Positions 1 through 12,183 are shown, counted from the first letter of the whole stretch. The stretch: 63,676 nucleotides of DNA, filler included, from Cercozoa sp. M6MM (GCA_040357565.1; 11 parts of 11 records of this genome joined end to end with filler, not necessarily neighbours in it), one strand, 5' to 3'. The notes: a model not told the origin generated them from the sequence alone. Program-made: numbers and translations.

Positions 1-44
<44 letters not shown>

Positions 45-87
45 ACCTATCCGGAAGGATCACAGAGGGAGGAAGCCGGATCTGTAC

Positions 88-231
88 CGTGCAGGTGTCC
101 GCACCGCAGCAGCTTTCGCCGACTGCTTGACGCCACTGGCGGCGCCCTTCTTGACCACCTCTGCGCGCGTGTGTATGTGTGTATGTGTGTGTGTGTGTGT
201 GTGTGTCACAGGGATAGACACAGTGAGAAAG

Positions 232-320
<89 letters not shown>

Positions 321-1855
321 TGATGTACCCTTGGGAGCCTGCGTGGCCACCTCAGTTGAGGCCATGGCCGGACGTGCCATGCGGCGAGGAGGCCGGCGTC
401 GTCCGCGCCGCATCACGGGCCGGTCCATCTGCGCATGCGCGATCTTGCCGTCCTTGGGTTTCTCCTCGCTCTTCTTGGGCGGCGTTGAAGGAGGTCTCGG
501 CGACGTTGCTGAAGACACAGCTTAGACAAACACACTCGCCAACCAGGTGAAGCTACCCGACAGCATCACTGGCGCTCCTGCGCGGCCTGAGTCGCGGCGC
601 GGCATCGATGGCGGCCGCGGCGAGAACTTGCCCTTGTCTACGCAAGGTTAGCCAAGTTTCCAGGTGAAAGCCAAGGAGGGGGACTTGGGCGGAGACCCAA
701 GGTGGAGCCCAAGTGCAGGCCCAAGACGACGGCAGGTCGGATAGGATAAATATAAGTACTGCCAGTGACGACACTGTCGCTCGAAGGCGTCCGCTTGTGC
801 GCGCCCTGCGCAAAGATGTTGCCAAAGCCGACGCGCGGCGTGCCACTACCGCCAACCGAGGACTTGCGCAGGTGCGGCGGTGCGCCCATCTGGATGATCT
901 TGGGCTTCTTGCGCTCTGCTTCCAGCGCCTGTTCCTCCTCCGACAGCACCAACTGGACCTGCACAAACACATCAACATTTTTGTACCATTAGTACCATTG
1001 AGATTTCTCACTGAGACAACACAGACATACTGTAGTGCCAGCCTTGTTGGTAATGTGCGGCTGTCGCAGCACGAGGTGCAGACCGCGCAGAAGAGCTGTA
1101 GGCATGTGTCAAGTGTATCGAGAGATATCACGTGTGTACAGGAAGCGGGTACCATCACGCGCAGCAGTGTCGCCAAGCTGCAGGTCGAGACGCTCGCTCT
1201 TGCCGCAGATCGACAAGCAGCAGTCGCCAGGAGCGTCCTTGCTCTTGCGAGCCATATCGTCCGTCTTGCCTACACAAGGAAACACTCGTCTCCCTCCGAA
1301 GACACAACAAAAACAGTGAAAACGCACCTTTAACGAGTGTCGCGATTTCGTGCAGCATGATGCGCGCCTTCTTGTCCGGCTTCTTGCCTGAATTGACAGT
1401 GATGCCGAGGACACAACATTGACAAACCTGTGAGCTCGTCTGTACCGGGACGGTTCCAAATAATCAGACCGAAGCGGCGAGGCTCTTGCACAGTGAGCTC
1501 GATATCTTGCGTTTTGCCCTTCCGATGCTGCTGCACGCGCATCGGCTACACCAAGAGAAAGCAAGATGACACTCGCGATTTAAACTAGGGCAACAACATG
1601 AAGGTACAGCGCTGCATTGGGTCGACAGAAACTCCTCAAGTTCTACAAGGACAATGGACATATTCTACGATGCGAAAGATGCGAACGGTTGCGCCCACAA
1701 TCAACACAAACTCAGCATATTCGAAAAACCAGCAAAACACGAAAATTATCAAATATGAAGCCAGGGCTGCGCGTGCAAGTAAAAAACTGGCGCCAGATTG
1801 CTTCAAGCGTTGCGGCAAACGCACCCTGCTCCTCCTCAAAGTCGAGCAGCGACAT
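88..1855 (-). CDS. PH-domain protein (PLC-type PH) with Pro/Ser-rich tail and CPI-like capping-protein-interaction motif; multi-exon, 3' end runs off the window
   Basis: Stitched exons: MSLLDFEEEQELEEFLSTQCSAPMRVQQHRKGK...IMLHEIATLVKGKTDDMARKSKDAPGDCCLSICGKSERLDLQLGDTAARDALLRGLHLVL (PH pattern). Later exon reads KIAHAQMDRPVMRRGRRRPP at 387-446. GT-AG introns keep the frame. Start at 1855 is inferred. Confidence 0.7.
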
Positions 1856-2116
1856 TGACACGTGATTCAGGCCCACTTGTGGCAACTTGAAGTCTCACGG
1901 AGAGCACAGAGTCCGCACTCCTGACGGCTCGTGTAGGCAACCTGTCAAAATTGGTGCTGAGCTGCTTGATCGCTGCTCGGCGGTCGACCCTCGGTGGTCT
2001 GATGTCCAGTTGATGTCGACGGCTGCACAAAACAGAAAGATAAAGGAAAAACTCGCGTTTTTCAGAAGAGTTTAGGCATGTGGGGCAGTGTATGAGCGTT
2101 CTACTACCGTGTAGTC

Positions 2117-2921
2117 ATGTACAGTGTTATGAATGCTCATAACGAAGAAGATTTGAGGTTCCATTCTTGCCAGTCAGCGAAAGGAGTGTTGAGCCTTTTT
2201 GTTCTGCAGTAGCGCCGCTGTTGTCGATGTGCAGTGCAACCGGTTTCCGTTCTGTGTAGTCTGGGGTCCATTGCCCCTGCTGTCGTGGCTTTGCCCGCTG
2301 TACATTGGTCTATGTCTCTGAAAGCCGTACATGCTGTTGCGATGGCTGTAGTATCGGTCACATGGCCATTTGCGACTCCAGAGGCCGAGTTCATGAGTAA
2401 AAACAAAAGCATGGACTTGACCTATCTGGTTGTGATTGGCGCTTAAATTTGCAGCTTTGCCGGCTCGTATTTTATCGGCGTGGACAACTTCATGACGGGT
2501 GCAGTCTGTCGGTACGCGCGCATACTGCCCGAAGAGGTATCAGAAGAAACGGCGAAACGCTGGGATGAGGCTATCGAGGTACAATAACATGAGAGGGTTC
2601 GTTTTGTTTCCAAAAGGAGCAAGCACTTAAACTTAGAACGCCGACGAAGAGTTTCGACAACGCGTGCACAACTTGTGTTGCAACAACTGTCATGACCACA
2701 CACTCATGGCACTCCAAGAGTACGGTAACATTGACGGCATTTATGCGGTCTGTTGTTTTAATCATGACCCTGCAGGACTGCGTGTGCCCGGCGTGGCTCT
2801 GTATACACTGCGCTTCCTCCTGTACCAGTCGCGTTTCGTTAACGCTGCGCAAGCCGTGCGACTTCTGCTGCCGTTTATTATCATTGTCGCGGTCGTTCTT
2901 GCTTGCGTTTTATTGTTCTAG
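2117..2921 (+). CDS. TMEM222: TMEM222/RTE1-like membrane protein, 6 exons
   Basis: Spliced: NRFPFCVVWGPLPLLSWLCPLIGHMAICDSRGRVHDFAGSYFIGVDNF...WDEAIENADEEFRQRVHNLCCNNCHDH...LLPFIIIVAVVLACVLLF*. Matches the TMEM222 family pattern; introns ~50-60 nt. Confidence 0.9.
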
Positions 2922-3184
2922 CATCTTGCCGCTACGTTGTACTTGAGTGTTTCCGCAGCCTTTTGTAATTCAGCCCCCCCCCCCCCCCCCCCCCCCGGAT
3001 TCCACAACTTTGGCACTGAGCAGCGCTGGTTTCGTCCACAGACACTGTCGATACTGCACTATTTCTATTGATAATGAGCTGCCTGGCCGCTGTGGTGATC
3101 TGCACGGTTGAAAGATACTGTAGCTTGACATTTAGTGATGGGCGGCCGTCTCGGCAATCTGCGCAACGCAATACAAGGACAAGT

Positions 3185-4893
3185 TTAGTCACTATCTCTG
3201 ATCGAGATCGGTATTGATACCCACACCGCGACAATGCCGAAAAGCCAGGCAAACGAGTACGCAGTTTTACTTCGTGTCATCTGTGCGCATGATAATGTCT
3301 TATCTGTTAAAGCTCAAAGGAGAAGTGTACATCAATCAGGTCAAGTATACCTTGCATTCTTGCAGTTGTTCGGGCAGAAGTTCGATTGCAACAACATAAA
3401 GCATCGCACCGGCTCCACAACTAAAACTCTCGAAGCATTAAAATGGTAACAGAGAAAACAATGAAGACCAAGGCCAGTGGATCAGTAAGTACCCCAGCAG
3501 CGGCGGCATCAAGAGCGTCGTCGCAGCAGCAGCCTTGGCACCAACAATCCCGCCCACCACGAGCAGCAACTGTTCCAGTATCATAACGATGCTTATTTAT
3601 ATTCATGCACATTGGCAGGTGAGTACACATCCAGCAGAGTGTACAGCAGTGGCAGTCGTCAAAGCAAGAGCTTGCCAATGTGTCACCTTCTCCAGTGTCA
3701 ATAGAGCCGTGCACGTCGCGAATCCTTCCGGTCTGTACAAACCAATGTATCGTTGATTCGCTCACCTCAATGAAAGAACTCACATGCAATGCAGAGCAAG
3801 TGCAACAGAAATAGTCCAAGCAGCGGCCGGATCGCCTGCCCATGCCTGTGACACACTCGCTTTGTATAAGAAAGTGCAGGTGCATATAAACTTAGGTGTA
3901 TAAAATTGTACCACGCCAAGTGCGATGCCTTCGGGAAGGTGGTGCAGTGCCATCGCGATACAGAGCGACCATGCGCTCCTGTCGCTCTGAAGGTTGACGT
4001 GGTTTTTCGCGAGGCCATAGTCGCTACTGCTGCGTGTGCTTTCCTCAGGCGGCACCTCGCTCATCTCGACCGTCACTTGATCTTTGTTCAAATCCTCCTT
4101 GTCGCTCAAGGTTTGCGCATTGTGGCTGTACTCGTGCATATTCAAAGCAATGTAATTCTACGATGTACGTCGGATACCTATGCGAATGCGTATGTCCATT
4201 TGCATGCAGGAATGCGTGGACAGCTTTGTCCAGCACAATCATGCACAAGACGCCAAACGCAAGGCCCAGAAATCCTGCAAACCGTGGTCCATGCGGAGAA
4301 CATATAGAAATCTAGATTTACTCATGGCTAATACTGTATTTACCCGGCACCCAGTATAACTTGGGTGTCGCCAGCCATGTCTGTAGTTGGGTCGATTCAA
4401 TATCTCCTGCCTCGTGCAGAAGCCCAAACTGCAAAGACTCGTAAGCATCATTGCAGATATATCGGTTGCTAAGACCCGTACTACCAAAGCAGCTCCAAGC
4501 ATAAAACCACATGCGCTGCCGTTCAATACTGCGAGCAGTGTCTCTCGCTTTCTGCGCAGAGCAATTATCTTGAGCTATAGTGACAAGCAGAAACGGACCG
4601 AAAGTGTGCGATACGGTTGCTGCGAGGCATGCTGCGAGCGTTGGACGCCACAGTTGGCACCAAGTGCAATCACACCACCCAGCAGCTGTCCCAAAAGAAG
4701 AAAGGAGAAACTAGTCGATCAGGTAGATTCTCAAGACGAGAATGGAACTAAAAGAAGGTACAGTCAGAGCAGCGCAGACACCGGTCGCGAAAAGACTCGA
4801 CAGCAGAAGCGACCTACCGAAAAGGTACAGTGTTACAACTTTTCACTGGACAAACGAAAAACAAAACCACACTCACGACACGCCAACTCTCAT
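3185..4893 (-). CDS. ZIP (SLC39/ZupT-like) divalent metal transporter
   Basis: Spliced: GFMLGAALFGLLHEA, His-rich loop HANGHTHSHSH, TM4 MALHHLPEGIALG, TM5 ALHCIPEGFA, GAGAMLYVVAIELLPE. Start MRVGVSSLLL is inferred. Confidence 0.9.
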
Positions 4894-5409
4894 TCAATAA
4901 GAACACCCCAACATGGAAAATACATCACGCGGGCCGACGACTTAACGTGCGCTGTCGCCTTGCCGACCAAGTAGCGCGCTTCGAAACGGTACACGTGGAG
5001 ACACCATCGCTCCGCGACGCGTTCGGACTTTCATCGCATCATAGATTGCAAAGCTGGAGTTTCAGATACATGTGGGTGTTTAACTAAGTTTAGCTAGTTC
5101 AGTATACTAAGAAACTAATTTAGCTATGTATTTTTTCCTGTACCAGTTTTGGTGTCACAAGCGCATGGCCGTAGTCCACCTCCCCCTTTATTACCGTACG
5201 AAGTTCCCTCGGGCATCTTCTTCAAGGTGTACCCGCCAAGAATGACGAATTCGATTCGATTGCTCTTAAAAATTAGCACGGCGGGCAACCAAAGCAAGGT
5301 AACTGCTACAAAATACAGTGCGCGCGCTCCCGCAACGCGCTCGGTCAGCGCTAGCTGCCACACGATGTCGACAGGCTAGTACGAAGGCAGTGCGCTGGCA
5401 CGCCAGTGC

Positions 5410-6494
5410 TTAGGCAAAGGCAAAGTCGGCCTCGAGCGCGGCTAGTTCGTCTTCCTCCGTGGTGGCGGCCGTCTGGCGCACCGGTCCAGTCGGTTGCTCG
5501 GGCAGGTCGAGAGCAGGCTCTGTCCCGCATGCGAAAGTAAAAGAAACATGAATCAGGGTGACAGGAGAATGGCTACCGGTGGCAGACACGCGACCCTTGC
5601 GAGTCACTGGAGTAGCCGGCGTCTCCAAGAACTCCTCGTCGACGATCTCCTCGCCCATGGCAGCCAGTCCCCAACGGCCGGCGCCCCCCCCCAAAGGAAC
5701 CGGAAAGCGAGGGGGCAGAGGAAGCTACGCTCTCCAGCTCGTCGTCGTCGAAGACGTCCTGCCCGATCTGTTGCGACATGGCTTGACTCATCTCGTCGAC
5801 GAGGCCCATGCTGTGCGAGATGTCATCGATCACTTCGTCCACGCGGTCCACTTCGTCCTCCTGCACGTGTCGTTGCAGAGCATCACGGCCTGCTCACTCA
5901 GCGGGGTAATAAGGTAAGGCCGGGTAAAGCGCGAGGGGATCTACCCTGACGCATGACGTCAAAGACCTCCTTGTTCTGCGCGGCATTCTCGAGTGCCATA
6001 ATCTGCATGTCGATGTTGGTACGCTTGCCGTACAACTGGTCGATCTGCACGAAGGTAAAGAGGAAGTATGGTAAGTAGGGGGTGGGGGGGGGGGGGGTAA
6101 AGCAACACAACTCACCTGCTTGGAGTACATTTTGGAACGCTTGAGTTCGAACAAAGCACCGCGCTTGTCACCAGCCTTCATTTTGGCACGTGCGCGTGCC
6201 TGCGCCTGCTCGCTCTTCTTGCTGAGTGCCACCTCCTGTCAAACACACACACATGTGTTGAGTGTAGGAGGAGGCAAATAGGGGGGGTGAGGGGTGTACC
6301 TGCTTCTCGAGCACAGAAAGCGACTCCTTGAGTCGAATAATCGAGTCGTGGAGACTCTTGGTGCCGTTCGGACCGGCTCCCTGCAATACACACACTCAGT
6401 CGGTGCCCATGGCACGAAAAAGAAAAGCACAAGGCTGTGGCACCCTCGAGCCGCCGCCATTCTTCTTCTTGGGTCGTCCAAACAGGCCGAGCAT
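5410..6494 (-). CDS. SNF7: ESCRT-III Snf7/Vps32/CHMP4
   Basis: MLGLFGRPKKK...IIRLKESLSVLEKQ...AGDKRGALFELKRSKMYSKQIDQLYGKRTNIDMQIMALENAAQNKEVFDVMRQ...DVFDDDELE...EEDELAALEADFAFA*. Confidence 0.92.
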
Positions 6495-7034
6495 CTGGCA
6501 CACCGAACATACCAAAACACAACATCGATTGATCTGTAATGTCGTCTACCTCAACCAATAAGAAAAACTCCTGTCTCTTTCGTGTTTTATAGGTTTCTGT
6601 AGCAGAAAACAAAACAAACGATTCTATGCAGGTTACACGGTGTGAAACACACACTTGCAAGTGAGCGAAAATGGAGAACGGAGTGAGGAAATTTACACGA
6701 GAGCTGAGCTTCTCCGGCTATTTCCTTTCGTAAGCGGATAGGTGACCTCCTAGGTACGGCCTGACTTCCGCTTGAATTACGTCTGGGTGCCTGGCAGCGT
6801 GGACAGCGCAGTACAATCCATCGGTCAAAATGTAGCCACCTGGACAAAAATAAAGGACTGATTTCGAGCTCTAACGTGCGTTTCGGGCGCTATAGGTGTG
6901 CTCACACGCGGAGATTGGTTAGTATGGTAAGTTTAGGGCGAACTACAGCGCGCATGAACAGAAATTGTGTGGATTTGCAATTCGTTGTGGAGTGTGACGT
7001 GTGCCGGTCACTGTGCAGTGCTATTGTTGTGAAC

Positions 7035-9884
7035 ATGCAGAGCGCCGCGATCACGCTGGCTACTGGCCATCAGGACACGGTAACTGAGAATGAGACAATT
7101 TTATGAAAAGTGGCATTTCAGTACGTCTCACAGATCCACGATGCGCAATTTGACTACTACGGCCAGGCCTTGGGTACCTCTCGTGGTTAGCTGAAAGGTA
7201 TTACCTTACGTCCACGTATATGTGCCCTAGCGACGGCATCGGCCGACTGCCGTGTGCGCATCTTTGCACTGACGGGCGAGCAGGCGCCGCAGCAGCTGCA
7301 GTGTGAGCTGACCGGGCATGCCGGTCCTGTGTGGCGCGTGGCCTGGGCGCACCCCAAGTTTGGTCGCCTGCTGGCCAGTTGCGGCTACGACGGACGCGTC
7401 ATCATGTGGCAGGAGCGTCGTCCTGGCCAGTGGGTGCGTGTCTTCCAGAACGACGAGCACGACGCCTCGGTCAACGCGATCTGCTTCGCGCCGCATGAGC
7501 TCGGTCTCGTGCTGGCTGCTGCCTCCGCCGACGGCAATGTACCTGCCTTTTACCTCTCTACCTACCTACCTACCTCCCTACCGAATGGTGTGTGTGTGTG
7601 CCAGGTAAGTGTCTTCACCTACACGGGCCAGCAGGGCCGTCCGTGGGCGAGAGAGGTCTTTACGGCTCATGCAGGTACATGTGTTGTAGGTACCTAATGG
7701 TACCGATAGGCTCGTTTTGGTGCTGTACTGGCACTGTACTGGTAGGCGGTGCCAATGCGGTGTCGTTCGCGCCGGCAGTGTCGCCCAGTGCCTTCACGGG
7801 CGACGTGTCCGACGAACAGGTGTCACGACAGTTCGCCACCGGTGGTTGCGACGGCGCCGTCAAGATCTGGCAGTGCGTTGATATACCTCCTACCCCTGAT
7901 CCCCTGATATTCCCCCCGAACCCCCTGCCCAGGTTCAATGGCGAAACCTGGCAGCTCACGTCGGAACTGCGCGATGAGCGCGTGCGCGATGGACAGTAAT
8001 TTGATACCAACATGTATACATATACCTTCTACTCCTAGCCATACCTGTACCCCTAGCCATACCTGTACCCTTACCTCTGTTGTACCCCTAGTCTTTCCCT
8101 GTGCCTATACCCTCTACCCTCTGCCCATACCCTCTGTCTATACGCTCTGTCTATACCTCTGCCTGAACTCTACCTATATCCCACTCCTTTACCTGTACTT
8201 ACAACCGACCCTCTACTTGGTGCCATGTCTGCAGGTGGATTCGCGACGTTGCATGGGCACCCTCGCTGGGTCTGTCGCGTGGCACACTGGCGGCCTGCAG
8301 CGACAGCGCCGTGTTCCTGTGGACGCAGGACCCGTCGCTACAGCAGCAGTCGGAGTGGCAGTGCACACAGGTGCTGCCGATGCGCGAGGGTGTCAAAGCT
8401 TGGTCGGTCGCATGGTCCGTGATGGGCAACGTGCTAGCCATCTCGCAGAGTGATAACTGCGTCTCGCTGTGGAAGGAGGACGACCAGGGCGTGTGGCACA
8501 AGGTGAGCGAGGACAACCAGCAGCTGCAGGGACAGGCCTCCGAGTCGGCGCAGCCCTCCTCGGCCGTGTCGCCTGCCGGAAGCTCCGTGCAGCCTGCCCA
8601 GCAGACTGTTCAGCAGACTGTCCAGCAGACACCTTTGCAAGCACCCCAACGGGCCGCCCAACCTGCGCCTGTGCGGACCTCTCGCATGCCACAACCTGCC
8701 ATGTCGCAGCCTGCCATGTCGCAACCTGCCATGCCGCAGCCTGCCATGTCGCAGCCTACCATGCCGCAACCTGCTGTGCGTCCCGGTATGCCCACCGGTA
8801 TGGCTACAGGTATGGCTACAGGTGTGGCTACGGGCGTACCTACCGCCAAGGGCACAGGCATGTCGACCAGTCCAGGCATGCGCAGTCCCGGCATGCGTAG
8901 TGTCAGCAGTGTGTCCACTCGGTAGCTTTCTCTCGCCCTGTACCCTGTGCTTCCTTGTCTAGGCTGATGTGTCTCTTGTCTGCAGACCGATGCCTGCGAT
9001 GCCGCGTTCGACTCCGACGATGCCAAAACTTGGTACTAGTTTCTTGTGTCGGTGTGTCTGAGTGTCTGAGTGTCTGTGTGTGGTTTTACTTGTTATGGCT
9101 TGCTAGGTGGCGGTATGACGCGTCCTGCCATGCCATCGCAGCCTTCGAGGCCGCAGTCCTCGGTGCCTCAGCCCTCGATGCCTCAGCCTTCTATGCCGCA
9201 GCCTTCTATGCCGCAGCCCTCGATGCCGCAGCCTTCTATGCCGTCGGTGCAGAAGCCTTCGATGCCGCCGATGGCGTCTCGGTCCTCGCAGCCGTCGCAA
9301 CAACCGTCGGTTCCCTCGGTGCCATCCAGACCGACGATGCCTTCGATGCCCTCGATGCCCAAGCAGCCGATGATGCCGGCGCAACGTGCCATGCCTGCGA
9401 TGTCCTCGATGCCCAAGCAACAGCTGCCCTCGCAGCCTTCGCAGCCCTCGCATTCGTCCCTGCCGTCCGCTGCGCCTTCTGGTCTGCCCAAGCAGCCTGC
9501 GATGCCGTCGATGCCCTCGCAGCCTGTCCGACCGTTGCCCTCGATGCCTTCGCAACCCTCGATGCCTTCACAACCCTCGATGCCTTCACAGCCCTCGATG
9601 CCTTCGCAACCCTCGATGCCTTCACAACCCTCGATGCCCCCGCAGCGCTCGATGCCTTCACAGCCCTCGCAGCCCTCACTGCCATCCATGCCGCGCCCGG
9701 GCATGCCTGGCCGGCCAACACTGCCGTCAATGCCAGGTACCTTTGCTCACTGTTCTATGCTCTGACTTACTGTTTCCCTATTGTAGCACCTGGTACTTTG
9801 CCTCGTCCGGGCATGGGCATGCCGATGCCTGCGCGTCCCGGCATGCCGAGCGGTGGCAACATCCGCTTCCCGCAGCAGCGCTGA
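7035..9884 (+). CDS. SEC13: Sec13 WD40 protein with long low-complexity C-terminal extension
   Basis: [25 protein letters not shown]...[32 protein letters not shown]...[26 protein letters not shown]...[13 protein letters not shown]...WIRDVAWAP...[15 protein letters not shown]. The frame continues through 3 more introns into PSMPSQ repeats and stops at 9882-9884. Confidence 0.93.
9127..9735 (+). repeat. Coding tandem repeats (PSMPQ / PSMPSQ; 15- and 18-bp units) in the Sec13 tail
   Basis: ccctcgatgccttc(g/a)ca(a/g) repeated at ~9538-9660; ccgcagccttctatg units at 9165-9240. Confidence 0.9.
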
Positions 9885-10565
9885 GCGACAGTAGTGAGCC
9901 CAGTACATACCCTCGCGACAATTCAGTTCAGTTGGAGTCAATCAGTTGCCGTGCACGTGCCGTTGGGTAGGGTACATAAACCAGCGACTACGGTATAGCG
10001 AAGACCTACCCTCGTAGAATAGTCAGGTCCAGCAAAACAAGTTGCTCTATACCCTGCTACGCTAGTCGAACTCTTGTTTCGCTGTTTTATTTCCCACCAA
10101 GCACGGGGTCTGCTTGGCCGATCCCCAACAACCTTGCGAGCGACACTGCAGGACGTGGAACCAGTTGGCGAGTTCGGTGTGTGCCCAATAGACCAAACCG
10201 AAGGTTTCTGAGCAGCGAGTACTAGCTGCTGGTACACGTCTGCTGTATCGTAGTGTACCCCAGGGCACACTATCGTTCTGTAGAAAGTCACATTTGTGCT
10301 TGTGCGTGCTGTGCTTGTTTGCTGCAACAACCACGACGTATCGATCGTCGCTGTCGACGTCAGTCTGCCACTGCGGGACGCCAACCAGGACTGAGACGAG
10401 ACTGCTGCAGGGTGAACGTTGACGCCGAGGGAGTCTGCGGACGTGTAGTGAACGACCTCGTAAATTTATCCCCATGACGCACGTTGACGGCTTCGTGTCC
10501 CACAAGTCAACTTTTTTAGTAGGCTGAACTAACTAACAGTACAGTAACACGTTTCTTACATTAAT

Positions 10566-10637
10566 TTAGGTTTGTCGGTTCCGTGCTCCCCAAACGCGAG
10601 CTCGGCCGACTTCGGCCATGAGCTTAAGGTCCTCCTT
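10566..10637 (-). CDS. Terminal exon of a gene truncated at the contig end
   Basis: ccacag acceptor after a (TG)n intron; KEDLKLMAEVGRARVWGARNRQT*; frame assumed. Confidence 0.4.
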   Translation of the reverse strand, partial: KEDLKLMAEVGRARVWGARNRQT

Positions 10638-10650
10638 CTGTGGCACCGCA

Positions 10651-10698
<48 letters not shown>

Positions 10699-10798
10699 NN
10701 NNNNNNNNNNNNNNNNNNNNNNNNNNNNNNNNNNNNNNNNNNTTAATTAATTAANNNNNNNNNNNNNNNNNNNNNNNNNNNNNNNNNNNNNNNNNNNN
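10699..10798. other. Artificial contig spacer (44N-TTAATTAATTAA-44N). Others at 24284-24383, 32702-32801, 37383-37482, 43241-43340, 48231-48330, 52309-52408, 57748-57847, 60014-60113, 62389-62488
   Basis: Identical 100-nt structure ten times, with stops in all six frames; most flanks are simple repeats. Confidence 0.98.
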
Positions 10799-10847
<49 letters not shown>

Positions 10848-10885
10848 GGTGTATGTGTATGATGTGTGTCACTCTGTCTGTGCAG

Positions 10886-11547
10886 TGGCGAGCTGGCACA
10901 GGCACGTGCACAGGCACACGCTGCCGAACTCGAGCGCAAGGTGGGCCTCTTCTGTCCTGTTCGCATGCATGTGCATATAATATGTGATGGTGCATACACA
11001 CGTGCTGTTGTGTGCAGGACGGCGAGAAGGCATTGACCAATGCGCGCGAGGAGAACGCGAAGCTGCATGCGCAGATCATCAAGAAGGTGTCTTCCATCTA
11101 CATATATGTATATGTGTAGATATATTAATGTATGCATGTGTATGCATGAGTGTATTTACCTTGCGTTGTCACGGCAGAACGAGCAGCTGCAGCAGCGCGT
11201 CCAGGAAGTCGAGCAGGAGTACCAGGCCGAGGTCGATGCACTGCGCGAGCAACTGCGTGCCATGGAGGTAACTCCTTGTCTGTGTGTGGGTGTGCATGTA
11301 TGCGTCTATGCGTGCATGCGTGCATGTGTGTGAACAACAGGACAATGAGATGCGCGGTACCGACGCACGCTCGAGCGATCGCTTCCTCCGCGTGTACACG
11401 CAGGTACATATCCTTGCTATGGTGTGACTCTCTGTACACTCGTTGGTGTGCGTGTAGCAAGCACGCCGTGGCACGAGCACCAAGATGAACCGCTGGCGTC
11501 GCGAACTGTCGGCCATGGCGGCCGACTTTGCCGACCTCGCCCACTAA
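10886..11547 (+). CDS. C-terminal 5 exons of a coiled-coil protein (5' truncated)
   Basis: GELAQARAQAHAAELERK/DGEKALTNAREENAKLHAQIIKK/NEQLQQRVQEVEQEYQAEVDALREQLRAME/.../RWRRELSAMAADFADLAH*; phase-0 GT-AG introns. Confidence 0.75.
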
Positions 11548-12183
11548 ATCGGTGTCGGCTACTCCAACGCCCCTGCGAAATCCACTCAGCGCAGAGTTTG
11601 ATCACGCATGCGATGTGTGACGTGTGATCCCGACGAGGCTAACTCCTTAGTTAATGGCATTCATAGTGTAGGGCTATGGCGCTAGATTGATGGCGTTAAA
11701 AAGGCTGGGGGAAATTTCCCTGAAACAAACATAAATTGATACACCAGTCTTAGGAAAAGCAAGTCATGCCACGTCTTGGTGAAGAGTGAATGGAGCGAGT
11801 TTGTAAGGTCTGTTGACTTCCTCCTCTTCCAAGACTTCTTTCGCAGTAGAATTTGAGTTGAACCAAAAACAATAAAATACTGCTTTACCAAAAACAAAAC
11901 ACACGCAGATAGTTAGTCCGTCAGTTTATTCCTGTGTAGTATTACTAAGGGTTGCTTGGTTTTGGGAGCTAATATTCATTACAGTAGTCCCTCGCGCTGT
12001 CGAGAGATTGCTTTGCTTTTTTCCAAGTCCGTGTTTGAAAGTGCCAGTTTAGAGGTGTGAAGGTTAGTGCTTTCGTTGTGAGCACGTGTGTGATGTCTCC
12101 CTTGCGGGGTTTTCTTTGTGGAAACCAGTGCTTTGCTTGTGTGATCTCATGTTTTTGCTTTTGTGCAGCGCTGGCCACACGCG

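Noticed and set aside
1-320. Poly-CV / poly-HT ORFs (also near 22480, 24390, 43340, 48330)
   Set aside because: Translations of intronic (TG)n/(CA)n microsatellites
3185-3290. Apparent in-frame TAA in the last ZIP exon, suggesting stop-codon reassignment
   Set aside because: The correct frame (MTRSKTAYSFAWLFGIVAVW) is open. TAA, TAG and TGA all serve as terminators in the window, and no conserved gene needed read-through.
8393-9884. Antisense and alternative-frame ORFs (GIEGCE, LRHGR, ALDAFA repeats)
   Set aside because: Shadows of the Sec13 repeat tail
10699-10798. Repeated TTAATTAATTAA within N-runs as a biological repeat or CRISPR-like array
   Set aside because: Identical padded 100-nt six-frame-stop spacer; an assembly artefact
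11980-11995. TA-CAGTAGTCCCTCG, a pogo/Tigger-like terminus
   Set aside because: No inverted partner found in the window; too short to support
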